This document shows positions 40,725 through 49,713 of a DNA stretch of 64,000 nt, one piece after another. The notes below the pieces were generated by a model that saw only the letters and a list, made by a program, of their open reading frames with translations, did not search any database and was not told the DNA's origin. The stretch's first letter is position 1, and each line of letters begins with the position of its first letter. The position numbers and the translations under genes are program-made. The DNA comes from Alphaproteobacteria bacterium (GTDB taxonomy: Bacteria; Pseudomonadota; Alphaproteobacteria; UBA828): the NCBI GenBank assembly GCA_965214705.1, contig CBDCCI010000002.1, positions 1,984,001 to 2,048,000 of the forward strand. The letters run 5' to 3'.

Positions 40725-42425
40725 GTGGCCCTATCGGCCGGAAATCAGGCGCCCAGACACCCCGGAAGCGGAAGGCGCAGGGCGCGTTACACCGAGAAGG
40801 GCCGGCAGGTCGAACCTGCTGCGCAGGCCGAGATCCGCGCGCTGCTGGGAGACGAGCCCAGGCGCCAAGACCTGCTGATCGAGCACCTCCACAAGATCCA
40901 GGACCACTACGGCTGCCTCGCGGCCCGTCACTTGGCGGCGCTCGCGGCCGAGATGCGCCTCGCCATGGCCGAGGTCTACGAGGTCGCGACCTTCTACGCC
41001 CACTTCGACGTGGTGATGGAGGGCGAGAGCCCGCCGCCGCCGCTCACGGTCCGGGTCTGCGATAGCCTTACCTGCGAATGTCTCGGCGCGCCTCAGCTGC
41101 TGGAGGCGCTCCCCGTCGCTGTAGGCGATGCCGTGCGGGTCGTGCGCGCACCCTGCATGGGCCGTTGCGAGGAAGCGCCGGTGGCCGAGGTGGGCCATCG
41201 CCACGTGACCGAGGCGACAGTCGATTCGGTCCTCGCCTGCGTCAGAGGGGCGGACCATTCGCCGGTCAATCCGCCTTACGTTGATTTCGGCGCCTATGTC
41301 GCTGCTGGCGGCTACACCGTGCTCAAGGAATGCCTCTCGGGCGCGCGGTCCGTGAACGACGTGATTGCGGCACTGGAGGAGAGCGGCCTCAAGGGCAAGG
41401 GCGGCGCGGGCTTCCCCACCGGTCGCAAGTGGCGCTTCGTCCGCGCCGAGACCGGCCCCCGGCTGATGGCGGTAAACGCTGACGAGGGCGAACCCGGCAC
41501 CATCAAGGACCGGGTCTACATGGAGCAGGACCCGCATCGCTTCCTCGAAGGCTCGCTGATCGCCGGTTGGGCGGTGGAAGCCGCCGAGTGTTACATCTAC
41601 CTGCGTGACGAGTATCCGGGCATCCGCGAGGTGCTGCTGGAGGAGATCGCGAAGCTCGACGCCGCGGGCCTTACGGCCCGGACCAAGCTCATCCTCCGCC
41701 GGGGTGCGGGCGCATACATCTGCGGTGAAGAGTCCGCGATGCTGGAAAGCATCGAGGGCAAGCGGGGCGAGCCCCGGCACAAGCCCCCCTTCCCGTCCCA
41801 GGTCGGCCTCTGGGGCCGGCCCACCCTCATCAACAATGTCGAGACGCTGCACTGGGTGCGCGACATTCTGGAGCGGGGACCGAGCTGGTTTGCGGACGAA
41901 GGCCGCAACGGGCGCTCCGGCTTCCACAGCTTCTCGGTGTCGGGCCGGGTGAAGGAGCCGGGCGTCAAGCTGGCGCCCGCAGGCATCACCATGAATGAGC
42001 TGCTGGCCGAGTATTGCGGTGGCATGGCGGACGGCCACACCTTTCGCGCCTACCTGCCCGGCGGCGCGTCGGGCGGCATCCTGCCAGCCTCGATGGCCGA
42101 CCTCCCGCTCGACTTCGGCACCCTCGAGGAGCACGGCTGCTTCATCGGCTCGGCTGCGGTCATGGTGCTTTCCGACCAGGACGACCTGAAGGGCGCGGCG
42201 CTGAACCTGATGCGGTTCTTCGAAGACGAGAGCTGCGGACAATGCACGCCTTGCCGTGTCGGCTGCGAGAAAGCGGCCGTCATGATGAGTAACGGCCACT
42301 GGGATGCGCCGCTCTTGCGCGAGTTGAGTGCCGCCATGGCCGACGCCTCGATCTGCGGGCTCGGGCAGGCCGCGCCAAACCCGTTGCTCTCCATCCTGCG
42401 CTACTTCCCGGAGGAGCTCGCATGA
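40725..42425 (+). CDS. NAD-dependent formate dehydrogenase beta subunit (NuoE-NuoF fusion)
   Basis: EVATFYAHF, 2Fe-2S Cys, GKGGAGFPTG, NADEGEPGT, GAYICGEES and ESCGQCTPCR. Confidence 0.9.
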   Translation: MALSAGNQAPRHPGSGRRRARYTEKGRQVEPAAQAEIRALLGDEPRRQDLLIEHLHKIQDHYGCLAARHLAALAAEMRLAMAEVYEVATFYAHFDVVMEGESPPPPLTVRVCDSLTCECLGAPQLLEALPVAVGDAVRVVRAPCMGRCEEAPVAEVGHRHVTEATVDSVLACVRGADHSPVNPPYVDFGAYVAAGGYTVLKECLSGARSVNDVIAALEESGLKGKGGAGFPTGRKWRFVRAETGPRLMAVNADEGEPGTIKDRVYMEQDPHRFLEGSLIAGWAVEAAECYIYLRDEYPGIREVLLEEIAKLDAAGLTARTKLILRRGAGAYICGEESAMLESIEGKRGEPRHKPPFPSQVGLWGRPTLINNVETLHWVRDILERGPSWFADEGRNGRSGFHSFSVSGRVKEPGVKLAPAGITMNELLAEYCGGMADGHTFRAYLPGGASGGILPASMADLPLDFGTLEEHGCFIGSAAVMVLSDQDDLKGAALNLMRFFEDESCGQCTPCRVGCEKAAVMMSNGHWDAPLLRELSAAMADASICGLGQAAPNPLLSILRYFPEELA

Positions 42426-45178
42426 GCGACGTCATCCGCTTCACCCTCGACGGCCGCGCCGTCACCGCGCAGCCGGACGAGACCATCTGGCAGGTAGCCA
42501 AGCGGAACGGGATCGACATTCCTCACCTCTGCTACACGCCGGAGCCGGGCTATCGGCCGGACGGCAACTGCCGGGTCTGCATGGTAGAGATCGAAGGCGA
42601 GCGCGTGCTCGCGGCTTCGTGCATCCGCAAGCCGGCGGATGGCATGGTGGTCCGCGTCGATACGGAGCGTGCGGTGCGCTCCCGCGACATGGTGATGGAG
42701 CTGCTGCTCGCCGATCAGCCCCCGCCCGAGTCCAGCCACGATCCGTCCTGCGAGCTCTGGGACTGGGCGGAGACCATGGAGCTGTCGGCGAGCCGCTTCG
42801 AACCGCGACAGTCCCCTGCCCCCGATTTCAGTCATACCGCGATGGCGGTCAACCTGGATGCCTGCATCCACTGCACACGCTGTGTGCGCGCCTGCCGCGA
42901 GGTGCAGGTCAACGACGTGATCGGCATGGCGGGCCGGGGCGCGCGCAACAAGATCGTCTTCGACTTCGACGACCCGATGGGCGAGAGCACCTGCGTCGCC
43001 TGCGGCGAATGCGTTCAGGCCTGCCCCACCGGCGCGCTGATGCCGGCCAAGGAGGTCGGCAAGGAGACACCGGCCAAGCAGGTCGACAGCGTCTGCCCCT
43101 ATTGCGGTGTCGGCTGCCAGCTCACCTTCAACGTCAAGGACAACAAGATCCTGTGGGTGGACGGCAAGGACGGCCCGGCCAACCACGGCAGGCTCTGCGT
43201 CAAGGGGCGCTTCGGCTTCGACTACGTGAATCACCGGCACCGGCTGACGACGCCGCTGATCCGCCGGGAGGACGCGCCGAAATCGGCCGATATCGATATC
43301 GACCCGGCAAACCCCTTCACCCACTTCCGGGAGGCCACCTGGGACGAAGCGCTCGACGTGGCGGCGGCGGGCCTCAAGCGAATTCGGGATGAGCACGGCC
43401 CCGGCGCGCTCGCCGGCTTCGGCTCCGCCAAGGGATCGAACGAGGAAGCCTATCTCTTCCAGAAGCTCGTCCGCGCAGGCTTCGGCACCAACAACGTCGA
43501 TCACTGCACCCGGCTCTGCCATGCCTCATCGGTGGCGGCGCTGCTGGAATGCATCGGCTCCGGCGCGGTCACCGCCAGCTTCAACCAAGTCGAGCATTCC
43601 GACGTGATCATCGTGATCGGCGCGCAGCCCACCGCGAACCATCCGGTGGCCGCGACCTTCTTCAAGAACGCGGCGAAGCGCGGCGCGAAGCTGATCGTGA
43701 TCGACCCACGCGGCTCGGCGCTCTCCCGCCACGCAAGCCACTTCATGCAGTTCAAGCCCGGCACGGACGTGGCGCTACTCAACGCACTGATGCACGTCAT
43801 CGTCGAGGAAGAGCTTTACGACCGTCAGTACGTCTCGGCCCACACGGAAGGGTTCGAGCAGCTCCGCAACCATCTCAAGGACTACGCGCCGGAGGAGATG
43901 GGGCCGGTCTGCGGCATCGAGCCCGACGTGCTGCGCGAGGTCGCGCGCCTCTACGGGCGTGCCGAGGCCGCGATCATCTTCTGGGGCATGGGCATTTCCC
44001 AGCACATCCACGGCACCGACAATGCCCGCTGCCTGATCTCGCTGGCGCTGATTGCGGGACAGGTGGGCCGCCCCGGCACCGGCCTGCACCCCCTGCGCGG
44101 GCAGAATAACGTACAGGGTGCCTCCGACGCCGGGCTCATCCCGATGATGTACCCGGATTACCAGCGGGTGTCGGACCCTGAGCCGCAAGCGAAATTCACG
44201 GAGTTCTGGGGCACCGAGCTCGACCCCAACGCCGGCCTCACCGTGGTGGAGGTGATGAACGCCGCCCACGAGGGCCAGGTCAGGGGCATGTACATCATGG
44301 GCGAGAACCCGGCGATGTCGGACCCCAACCTGCACCACGTGCGTGAAGCGCTCGCCTCTCTCGACCATTTCGTCGTCCAGGAGCTCTTCCTGACCGAGAC
44401 CGCATGGCACGCCGACGTGGTGCTGCCGGCGTCCGCGTGGCCGGAGAAGGACGGCACGGTCACCAACACCAACCGCCAGGTCCAGATGGGCCGCGTCGCG
44501 CTCACCGCGCCCGACGGCGTCAAGCAGGACTGGTGGATCATCCAGGAGATCGCGCGCCGCATCGGGCTCGACTGGAACTATGGCAGCCCAGCCGATGTCT
44601 TCGCCGAGATGAAGGGCTGCATGCCCTCGCTCGACAACATTAGTTGGGAGAGGCTGCGCCGCGAAGGCGGCGTGACCTATCCCTGCGAGGGCGAAGAGGA
44701 GCCCGGCCGCGACGTGATCTTCGAGGACGGCTATCCGACCCCGAGCAAGCGCGGCAAGCTGGTACCCGCCGGCATCGTGCCGCCGGACGAATCGCCCGAC
44801 GACGAGTTTCCCATGGTGCTGACCACGGGCCGCATGCTCGAGCACTGGCACACAGGCGCCATGACCCGGCGTGCCGCGGTGCTCGACCACCTCGAGCCCG
44901 AAGCCGTCGCCCACCTCGCGCCGGCGGAGCTTGAGCGCATGCACATCGCGCCGGGCGCGCCGATCACGGTGGAGACCCGGCGCGGCGCCATCGGCCTTCG
45001 CGCCCGCGCCGATGCGGGCGTTCCTGCCGGCGTGGTCTTCGTCCCGTTCTGCTTTGCCGAGGCCGCCAGCAACATGCTGACCAACCCGGCCCTCGACCCC
45101 TTCGGAAAGATCCCCGAGTTCAAGTACTGCGCCGCTCGCGTCACCCCGGCCGTGGCCCCTGCCGAAGCGGCTGAGTAA
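42422..45178 (+). CDS. fdhF: Formate dehydrogenase alpha subunit (Mo/W-bisPGD, Cys ligand)
   Basis: N-terminal Fe-S motifs, CPYCGVGC, RLCHASS, PLRGQNNVQGASD and KIPEFK. Confidence 0.92.
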   Translation: MSDVIRFTLDGRAVTAQPDETIWQVAKRNGIDIPHLCYTPEPGYRPDGNCRVCMVEIEGERVLAASCIRKPADGMVVRVDTERAVRSRDMVMELLLADQPPPESSHDPSCELWDWAETMELSASRFEPRQSPAPDFSHTAMAVNLDACIHCTRCVRACREVQVNDVIGMAGRGARNKIVFDFDDPMGESTCVACGECVQACPTGALMPAKEVGKETPAKQVDSVCPYCGVGCQLTFNVKDNKILWVDGKDGPANHGRLCVKGRFGFDYVNHRHRLTTPLIRREDAPKSADIDIDPANPFTHFREATWDEALDVAAAGLKRIRDEHGPGALAGFGSAKGSNEEAYLFQKLVRAGFGTNNVDHCTRLCHASSVAALLECIGSGAVTASFNQVEHSDVIIVIGAQPTANHPVAATFFKNAAKRGAKLIVIDPRGSALSRHASHFMQFKPGTDVALLNALMHVIVEEELYDRQYVSAHTEGFEQLRNHLKDYAPEEMGPVCGIEPDVLREVARLYGRAEAAIIFWGMGISQHIHGTDNARCLISLALIAGQVGRPGTGLHPLRGQNNVQGASDAGLIPMMYPDYQRVSDPEPQAKFTEFWGTELDPNAGLTVVEVMNAAHEGQVRGMYIMGENPAMSDPNLHHVREALASLDHFVVQELFLTETAWHADVVLPASAWPEKDGTVTNTNRQVQMGRVALTAPDGVKQDWWIIQEIARRIGLDWNYGSPADVFAEMKGCMPSLDNISWERLRREGGVTYPCEGEEEPGRDVIFEDGYPTPSKRGKLVPAGIVPPDESPDDEFPMVLTTGRMLEHWHTGAMTRRAAVLDHLEPEAVAHLAPAELERMHIAPGAPITVETRRGAIGLRARADAGVPAGVVFVPFCFAEAASNMLTNPALDPFGKIPEFKYCAARVTPAVAPAEAAE

Positions 45179-45185
45179 CCCCTAA

Positions 45186-46387
45186 GGAAGGTCTGATCAA
45201 GTCGGGTGTACCATGATTTTCGTAGGAGTCGCAGATTGGATGATCGGGTCATGGCACAGGCGAGCTTTTCGGAACTGGAGCACGACTTGAAGAAGCGCCG
45301 GACGCGGCGCGAGCTGTTCCTGGAGAAGATGGACAAGCTGGTTCCCTGGGAGCGGCTGGAACGGCGGATCGAGCCGTTCTATCCGAAGGCGGGGCGCGGT
45401 CGGCGCCCGTACCCGCTTGCGGTGATGCTGCGCGTTCACTGCGTGCAGCTGTTCTACAACCTGAGCGATCCGGGGATGGAGGACCTGCTCTACGAGGTGG
45501 AGTCGGTGCGGCGTTTCGTGGGGCTGCGGCTGGCGGAGGCGTTGCCTGACGAGACCACCATCCTGAACTTCCGGCATCTTCTGGAGAAGCACGGCCTGGG
45601 CGAGGGTCTGTTCGAGGAGATCAATGCGCACCTGGCGTCGCGCGGCCATTGGCTGCGCACGGGGACGATCGTTGACGCGAGCATCATCGAGGCGCCGTCG
45701 TCGACGAAGAACCGGCGCCGCGCACGGGACCCTGAGATGCGTCAGACGAGGAAGGGCAAGCAGTGGTATTTCGGGATGAAGGCGCACATCGGGGTGGACG
45801 CCGGGTCGGGTCTGGCACACAGCGTGGTGACGACGGCGGCCAACGCAAGCGACGTGACGCAGGCGGGAGCGCTGCTGCATGGCGCTGAGACGACGGCGTG
45901 GGGCGACGCGGGCTACCAGGGGGTGGAGAAGCGTCCCGAGCACCGGGATGGCGGTGTCGAGTGGCGTGTGGCGATGAAGCCGGGGCGGCGCCGGCTGCTG
46001 GCCGGGGGTGGCGCCGAAGCGGCGGCCGAGACGCGCAAGGCGTCGGTGCGGGCGAAGGTGGAGCATCCGTTCCTGTACGTGAAGCGGCACTTCGGCTACG
46101 CCAAGGTGCGCTACCGGGGCGTGGCGAAGAACAGGCAGCGCATCGCGTTGCTGCTGGGGTTCTCGAACCTGCTGATCGCCGGCCGCTACGCGACGCAATG
46201 ACAGGGGAGCAGTCCGCCCGCCGCCGGCGGGACGACGGGGAATGCGGCGGATCGACGCGGATATCGCCCGTTCGCTCCGTATCCCGCGACAAAAGCAGCC
46301 CCCGGCCTGCCGGCAATATCGTCGAGCTTCAAATCCAAGCCCCCTCTCCCCCTCGAAGCCGCCAAGATGGGGTTGTTCAGACTTTCC
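45186..46387 (+). mobile_element. IS5-family element, copy 2 (1202 bp)
   Basis: Same IRs as copy 1; CTAA duplication at 45182-45185 and 46388-46391. One difference from copy 1 was spotted (G38514 vs A45210). Confidence 0.95.
45251..46201 (+). CDS. IS5-family DDE transposase
   Basis: Protein identical to that of 38555-39505. Confidence 0.95.
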   Translation: MAQASFSELEHDLKKRRTRRELFLEKMDKLVPWERLERRIEPFYPKAGRGRRPYPLAVMLRVHCVQLFYNLSDPGMEDLLYEVESVRRFVGLRLAEALPDETTILNFRHLLEKHGLGEGLFEEINAHLASRGHWLRTGTIVDASIIEAPSSTKNRRRARDPEMRQTRKGKQWYFGMKAHIGVDAGSGLAHSVVTTAANASDVTQAGALLHGAETTAWGDAGYQGVEKRPEHRDGGVEWRVAMKPGRRRLLAGGGAEAAAETRKASVRAKVEHPFLYVKRHFGYAKVRYRGVAKNRQRIALLLGFSNLLIAGRYATQ

Positions 46388-46433
46388 CTAAAGCGCGCCT
46401 CCTCGCGCCACCGCCGACCCGACCGATTTAACG

Positions 46434-46486
46434 CCCCGCACCATCGTGCGGTGCACGGCACGCGGCGGCTGCGTCAAGATCGCGCC
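46434..46486 (+). promoter_or_regulatory. Dyad motif copy 2 with a putative leaderless promoter
   Basis: CCCCGCACCATCGTGCGGTGCAC contains the perfect dyad CCGCAC-N4-GTGCGG; -10-like CAAGAT 6 nt before ATG 46487. Confidence 0.55.
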
Positions 46487-46633
46487 ATGCAGGGCGAGAG
46501 CAAACAAGTCGCAGCAGGCACGATGAGCTGGGGCGCGAGACTCATCTTCACGCGCACGACCTTCAGGCGTGCGGCACCGTCGCCACCGCTATCGGCGTCG
46601 GCCGCGGCTCTGGATCGAGAGACGCCGTCTTGA
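46487..46633 (+). CDS. Putative 48-aa ORF or remnant following dyad copy 2
   Basis: MQGESKQVAAGTMSWGARLIFTRTTFRRAAPSPPLSASAAALDRETPS; supported only by its position, which matches that of the gp27-like gene. Confidence 0.3.
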   Translation: MQGESKQVAAGTMSWGARLIFTRTTFRRAAPSPPLSASAAALDRETPS

Positions 46634-46740
46634 GCCACTGTGAGCCACTTTGGGCCGGAATGAGCCGCTTCGAGAGAGGCCGCCCTGGACCACCTTGGGC
46701 CACTTTGAGCCACTTTGGGCCGGCGTAGGCCGGAATAGGC
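46631..46740 (+). repeat. 10-bp tandem array (TGRGCCRSNN), last unit split by IS66
   Basis: TGAGCCACTG TGAGCCACTT TGGGCCGGAA TGAGCCGCTT, a 5-nt spacer, then GAGGCCGCCC TGGACCACCT TGGGCCACTT TGAGCCACTT TGGGCCGGCG TAGGCCGGAA TAGGC|CGCAA. Confidence 0.85.
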
Positions 46741-46819
46741 GTAAGCGCTGCGAGCGCCCCACCTTACGGCTTTCTCTGTGATGAGGTTCGATGATCCTCT
46801 GGCTGTGGAGGATCATGCG

Positions 46820-47260
46820 ATGGATGGTTTCGATATTCTGCGTGGGTCGGTTCCGCGACAAGCGAAGGAAGAGGTTGGCGACGAGGACGAGGCAAGCAAG
46901 GCCTCGGAGGGTTCGCAGGACGGCGCGCGTCAGCGAGAGTGGTCGGACGAAGAGAAGGCGTGGATCGTCCAAGAGAGTTTTGAGCGGGGGACGACCGTAG
47001 AGGAGGTGGCCGAGCGCCACGGGGTACCCCCTCGTCGGCTTTCGTACTGGCGCAAGCTGGCTCGCAAGGGCGAGCTCGTGGTTCCCCCGGCGGCGCCGAG
47101 CGAGGGACCGTTTGCCACCGTTGAGGTGGAGTCTGCCCCCGCACCTGCCCATGTGGGCTCGGTCTCGATCGAGGCACGCGGCGTGACGGTACGCCTCGAC
47201 GGCGACGTGAGCACGGTGCGCATCACGTCGATCGCCTCGGCGTTGCGAGCGCTTCGATGA
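46820..47260 (+). CDS. tnpA: IS66 accessory protein TnpA (HTH)
   Basis: REWSDEEKAWIVQES...VAERHGV...LSYWRK. Confidence 0.85.
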   Translation: MDGFDILRGSVPRQAKEEVGDEDEASKASEGSQDGARQREWSDEEKAWIVQESFERGTTVEEVAERHGVPPRRLSYWRKLARKGELVVPPAAPSEGPFATVEVESAPAPAHVGSVSIEARGVTVRLDGDVSTVRITSIASALRALR

Positions 47261-47610
47261 TCGTTCCGGGCTCCGGCCTGCGGATCGTGGTGGCGACGCG
47301 GCCGGTTGATTTCAGGAAGCAGCACGACGGGCTTGCTGCGATCGTCGCGAGCGATCTCGGTCTGGACCCCTATTCGGGGCTTGTCGTGGTGTTTCGCTGC
47401 AAGCGCGCGGACCGGATCAAGGTGCTGTGGTGGGACGGCACGGGCTTGGTGTTGGCGCACAAGCGTCTGGAGGAGAGCCGCTTTGCCTGGCCCACGGTTC
47501 GCGACGGCACGATGCGTCTGTCGCGCGCGCAATTCGAGGCGCTGTTCGAGGGCCTGGACTGGCGCCGGGTGTGGAGCCGGCGGGCGCGCAAGCCGCTTGC
47601 GGCGGCGTGA
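47257..47610 (+). CDS. tnpB: IS66 accessory protein TnpB
   Basis: Motifs PVDFRKQHDGL and RADRIKVLWWDGTG. Confidence 0.92.
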   Translation: MIVPGSGLRIVVATRPVDFRKQHDGLAAIVASDLGLDPYSGLVVVFRCKRADRIKVLWWDGTGLVLAHKRLEESRFAWPTVRDGTMRLSRAQFEALFEGLDWRRVWSRRARKPLAAA

Positions 47611-47684
47611 TGCAGGGGCGGCACAGCCCACTTTTGCGCTCTCTCTTCTTTACTAAGTAGCTGATTCCGTGATAGTATTCTGCG

Positions 47685-49340
47685 ATGGAGACGGGCACCG
47701 GCAACGTCGATCTCGGCGCGCTCGCACGCCCCTACCGGGCGCTGTTCGAGGCGCAGCAGGCGGCTCTTGAGGCGCTTCGCGCCGAGAATGCGGCGCTGAG
47801 CGCTCGCAACCGCCGTCTCGAGGAGCAAGACCCGGAAGCGGCGGTCGAGACCCTGCGCGCCAAGGTCGCCTCGCTCACCGAGCAGAACCAGCGTCTTGAA
47901 CATCTGCTCAACGAGTTGCGCCGGGCGATGTTCGGGAAGAAGTCCGAGAAGCTCCATCCCGACCAGCTCCTGCTCGCCTTCGAGGAGCTCGAAGGCGCGC
48001 TTGCCGAGGCCGAGGAAGAGACCCCGGCGAGCACGACGCGGCCGCCGCGCGCGAAGCGCCCCGCTGCGGAACGCAACATCGGTCATCTGCCGGCCCACTT
48101 GCCGCGCACCTACGAGGTTGTCGAGCCCGAGAGCAGGCTGTGCCCGTGCGGCTGCGGTGAGATGGTGAAGATCGGCGAGGACCGCACCGAGCGGCTCAAC
48201 ATCGTTCCGGCGCAACTTCAGGTCATCGTCACGATCCGGCCGAAGTACGCCTGCCGCAGTTGCGAGGAAGGCGTCACCCAGGCGCCGGCGCCGGCGCACC
48301 TCATCGAGGGCGGGCTGCCCACCGAGGGCATGCTCGCCCACGTGCTGGTGTCGAAGTTCGCGGACCACCTCCCGCTGTACCGGCAATCGCAGATCTACGC
48401 CCGCTCGGGCATCGAGCTGCACCGTTCGACGCTGGCCGAGTGGGTCGGCAAGGCGTCGTTCCACCTGCGGCCCGTGTTCGACTGCCTGAAGGGGGAGTTG
48501 AAGACGTCGAGCAACCTCGGCCTGGACGAGACCACGGTTCGGGTTCTCGACCCGGGCCGGGGCAAGACCAAGACCGGCTACATGTGGACGATGGCGCGCG
48601 ACGAGCGGGCATGGTGCGGGGCCGATCCGCCGGGCGTGGTGTACGATTATGCGCCCAGCCGCAGCGGCAAGCATGGCGAGAAGCTGCTCGCGGGCTTCAA
48701 GGGAACGGTGCAGGTCGACGGCTATTCCGGCCACAACCGGCTGCGCCGGCCGGATCGATCCGGAGGAGCACTGACGCTCGCGGCGTGCTGGGTCCACGCC
48801 AGGCGCGGCCTCAAGGAGGTGTTCGACAGCAACGCCTCGCCGATCGCCAAGGCCGGTCTGGAGCGCATCGCTCAGCTCTACAGGATCGAAGATAAGATCC
48901 GGGGCGAGCCGCCGGCGACGCGCCAGTTCGTTCGATGGACCGAGTCCGCGCCGCTGGTGAACGCCTTCGGCGTCTGGCTCGACGAGCAGCGCTCGCTGGT
49001 CTCGCCGCGCTCGCGCCTCGGCGAGAAGCTGACCTACATCGCCAACCAGTGGGAGGGGTTGCTGGAGTTCCTGTACGACGGGCGCGTCGAGATGGACAGC
49101 AACTTCGTCGAGAACCGAATCCGTCCGATCAAACTCACGGCCAAGAACGCGTTGTTCGCCGGCCACGACGAAGGCGCTATCTCTTGGGGCCGGATCGCTT
49201 CGCTGATCGAGACCTGCAAGATGAATGGGGTCGAGCCCTACGCCTGGCTCAAGAGCACGCTGGAGAAGATCGCCGCCGGCCACCCCCAATCCAAAATCGA
49301 CGAACTCCTGCCCTGGAACTTCGACCCGGCGTCAAGCTGA
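47685..49340 (+). CDS. tnpC: IS66 DDE transposase TnpC
   Basis: FGKKSEK, Zn ribbon CPCGC, KFADHLPLYRQ, LDETT and C-terminal LLPWN. Confidence 0.95.
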   Translation: METGTGNVDLGALARPYRALFEAQQAALEALRAENAALSARNRRLEEQDPEAAVETLRAKVASLTEQNQRLEHLLNELRRAMFGKKSEKLHPDQLLLAFEELEGALAEAEEETPASTTRPPRAKRPAAERNIGHLPAHLPRTYEVVEPESRLCPCGCGEMVKIGEDRTERLNIVPAQLQVIVTIRPKYACRSCEEGVTQAPAPAHLIEGGLPTEGMLAHVLVSKFADHLPLYRQSQIYARSGIELHRSTLAEWVGKASFHLRPVFDCLKGELKTSSNLGLDETTVRVLDPGRGKTKTGYMWTMARDERAWCGADPPGVVYDYAPSRSGKHGEKLLAGFKGTVQVDGYSGHNRLRRPDRSGGALTLAACWVHARRGLKEVFDSNASPIAKAGLERIAQLYRIEDKIRGEPPATRQFVRWTESAPLVNAFGVWLDEQRSLVSPRSRLGEKLTYIANQWEGLLEFLYDGRVEMDSNFVENRIRPIKLTAKNALFAGHDEGAISWGRIASLIETCKMNGVEPYAWLKSTLEKIAAGHPQSKIDELLPWNFDPASS

Positions 49341-49491
49341 AAAGCAGGGTGGGGCGCTCGCAGCGCTTACGAATAGGCCGCAATAAATTAGTCTTTGAAC
49401 ATATCCCAGATTCATCCCTTCACGAGGACGGGTCACAGAGACGGGTGAGAACAGGCAATATGCGTCGCGCAACTTGCGCCTCACAGGTGCA

Positions 49492-49638
49492 TAGAGCGTT
49501 TCCGTTTCACACGGAAACGCTCTCGCATTTTATCGCTCACGGCAGCCGGCCTTCGGCCGGCGCCTCCGCGAGGGCGCCGCAGGAGCGGCGGGCCGCAGTC
49601 GCGGCCTGCGCGTGTCCGTCAAAGACGGACACGCTATA
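49492..49638. repeat. REPIN/MITE-like multi-hairpin element
   Basis: Terminal palindromes AGAGCGTTTCCGT-N5-ACGGAAACGCTCT and GCGTGTCCGTC-AAA-GACGGACACGC; the outer 14-bp ends are inverted with 12/14 identity. Confidence 0.7.
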
Positions 49639-49713
49639 GGCACGCGGAGCAGGCCGCGTTCGCGGTGGAACTTCGGGTCGGGGGTGGTGGCGGTTCTGCG
49701 TTTTCCGGCTTGC

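Larger units (their letters stand above)
46741..49370 (+). mobile_element. IS66-family element (2630 bp)
   Basis: Perfect 23-bp IRs GTAAGCGCTGCGAGCGCCCCACC; 8-bp duplication GAATAGGC at 46733-46740 and 49371-49378. Confidence 0.96.

Noticed and set aside
42422-45178. Selenocysteine recoding in formate dehydrogenase
   Set aside because: The active-site codon is TGC (RLCHA) and the ORF has no internal TGA.
38490-46387. dksA-fdh acquired as a composite transposon
   Set aside because: Each IS5 has its own target duplication and the outer flanks differ (TTAG vs CTAA), so the insertions were independent.
46631-46740. Possible CRISPR array
   Set aside because: The units are contiguous 10-mers with no unique spacers, and there are no cas genes.
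47257-47610. TnpB as an RNA-guided nuclease
   Set aside because: This is the 117-aa IS66 accessory TnpB, unrelated to the IS200/IS605 RuvC TnpB.
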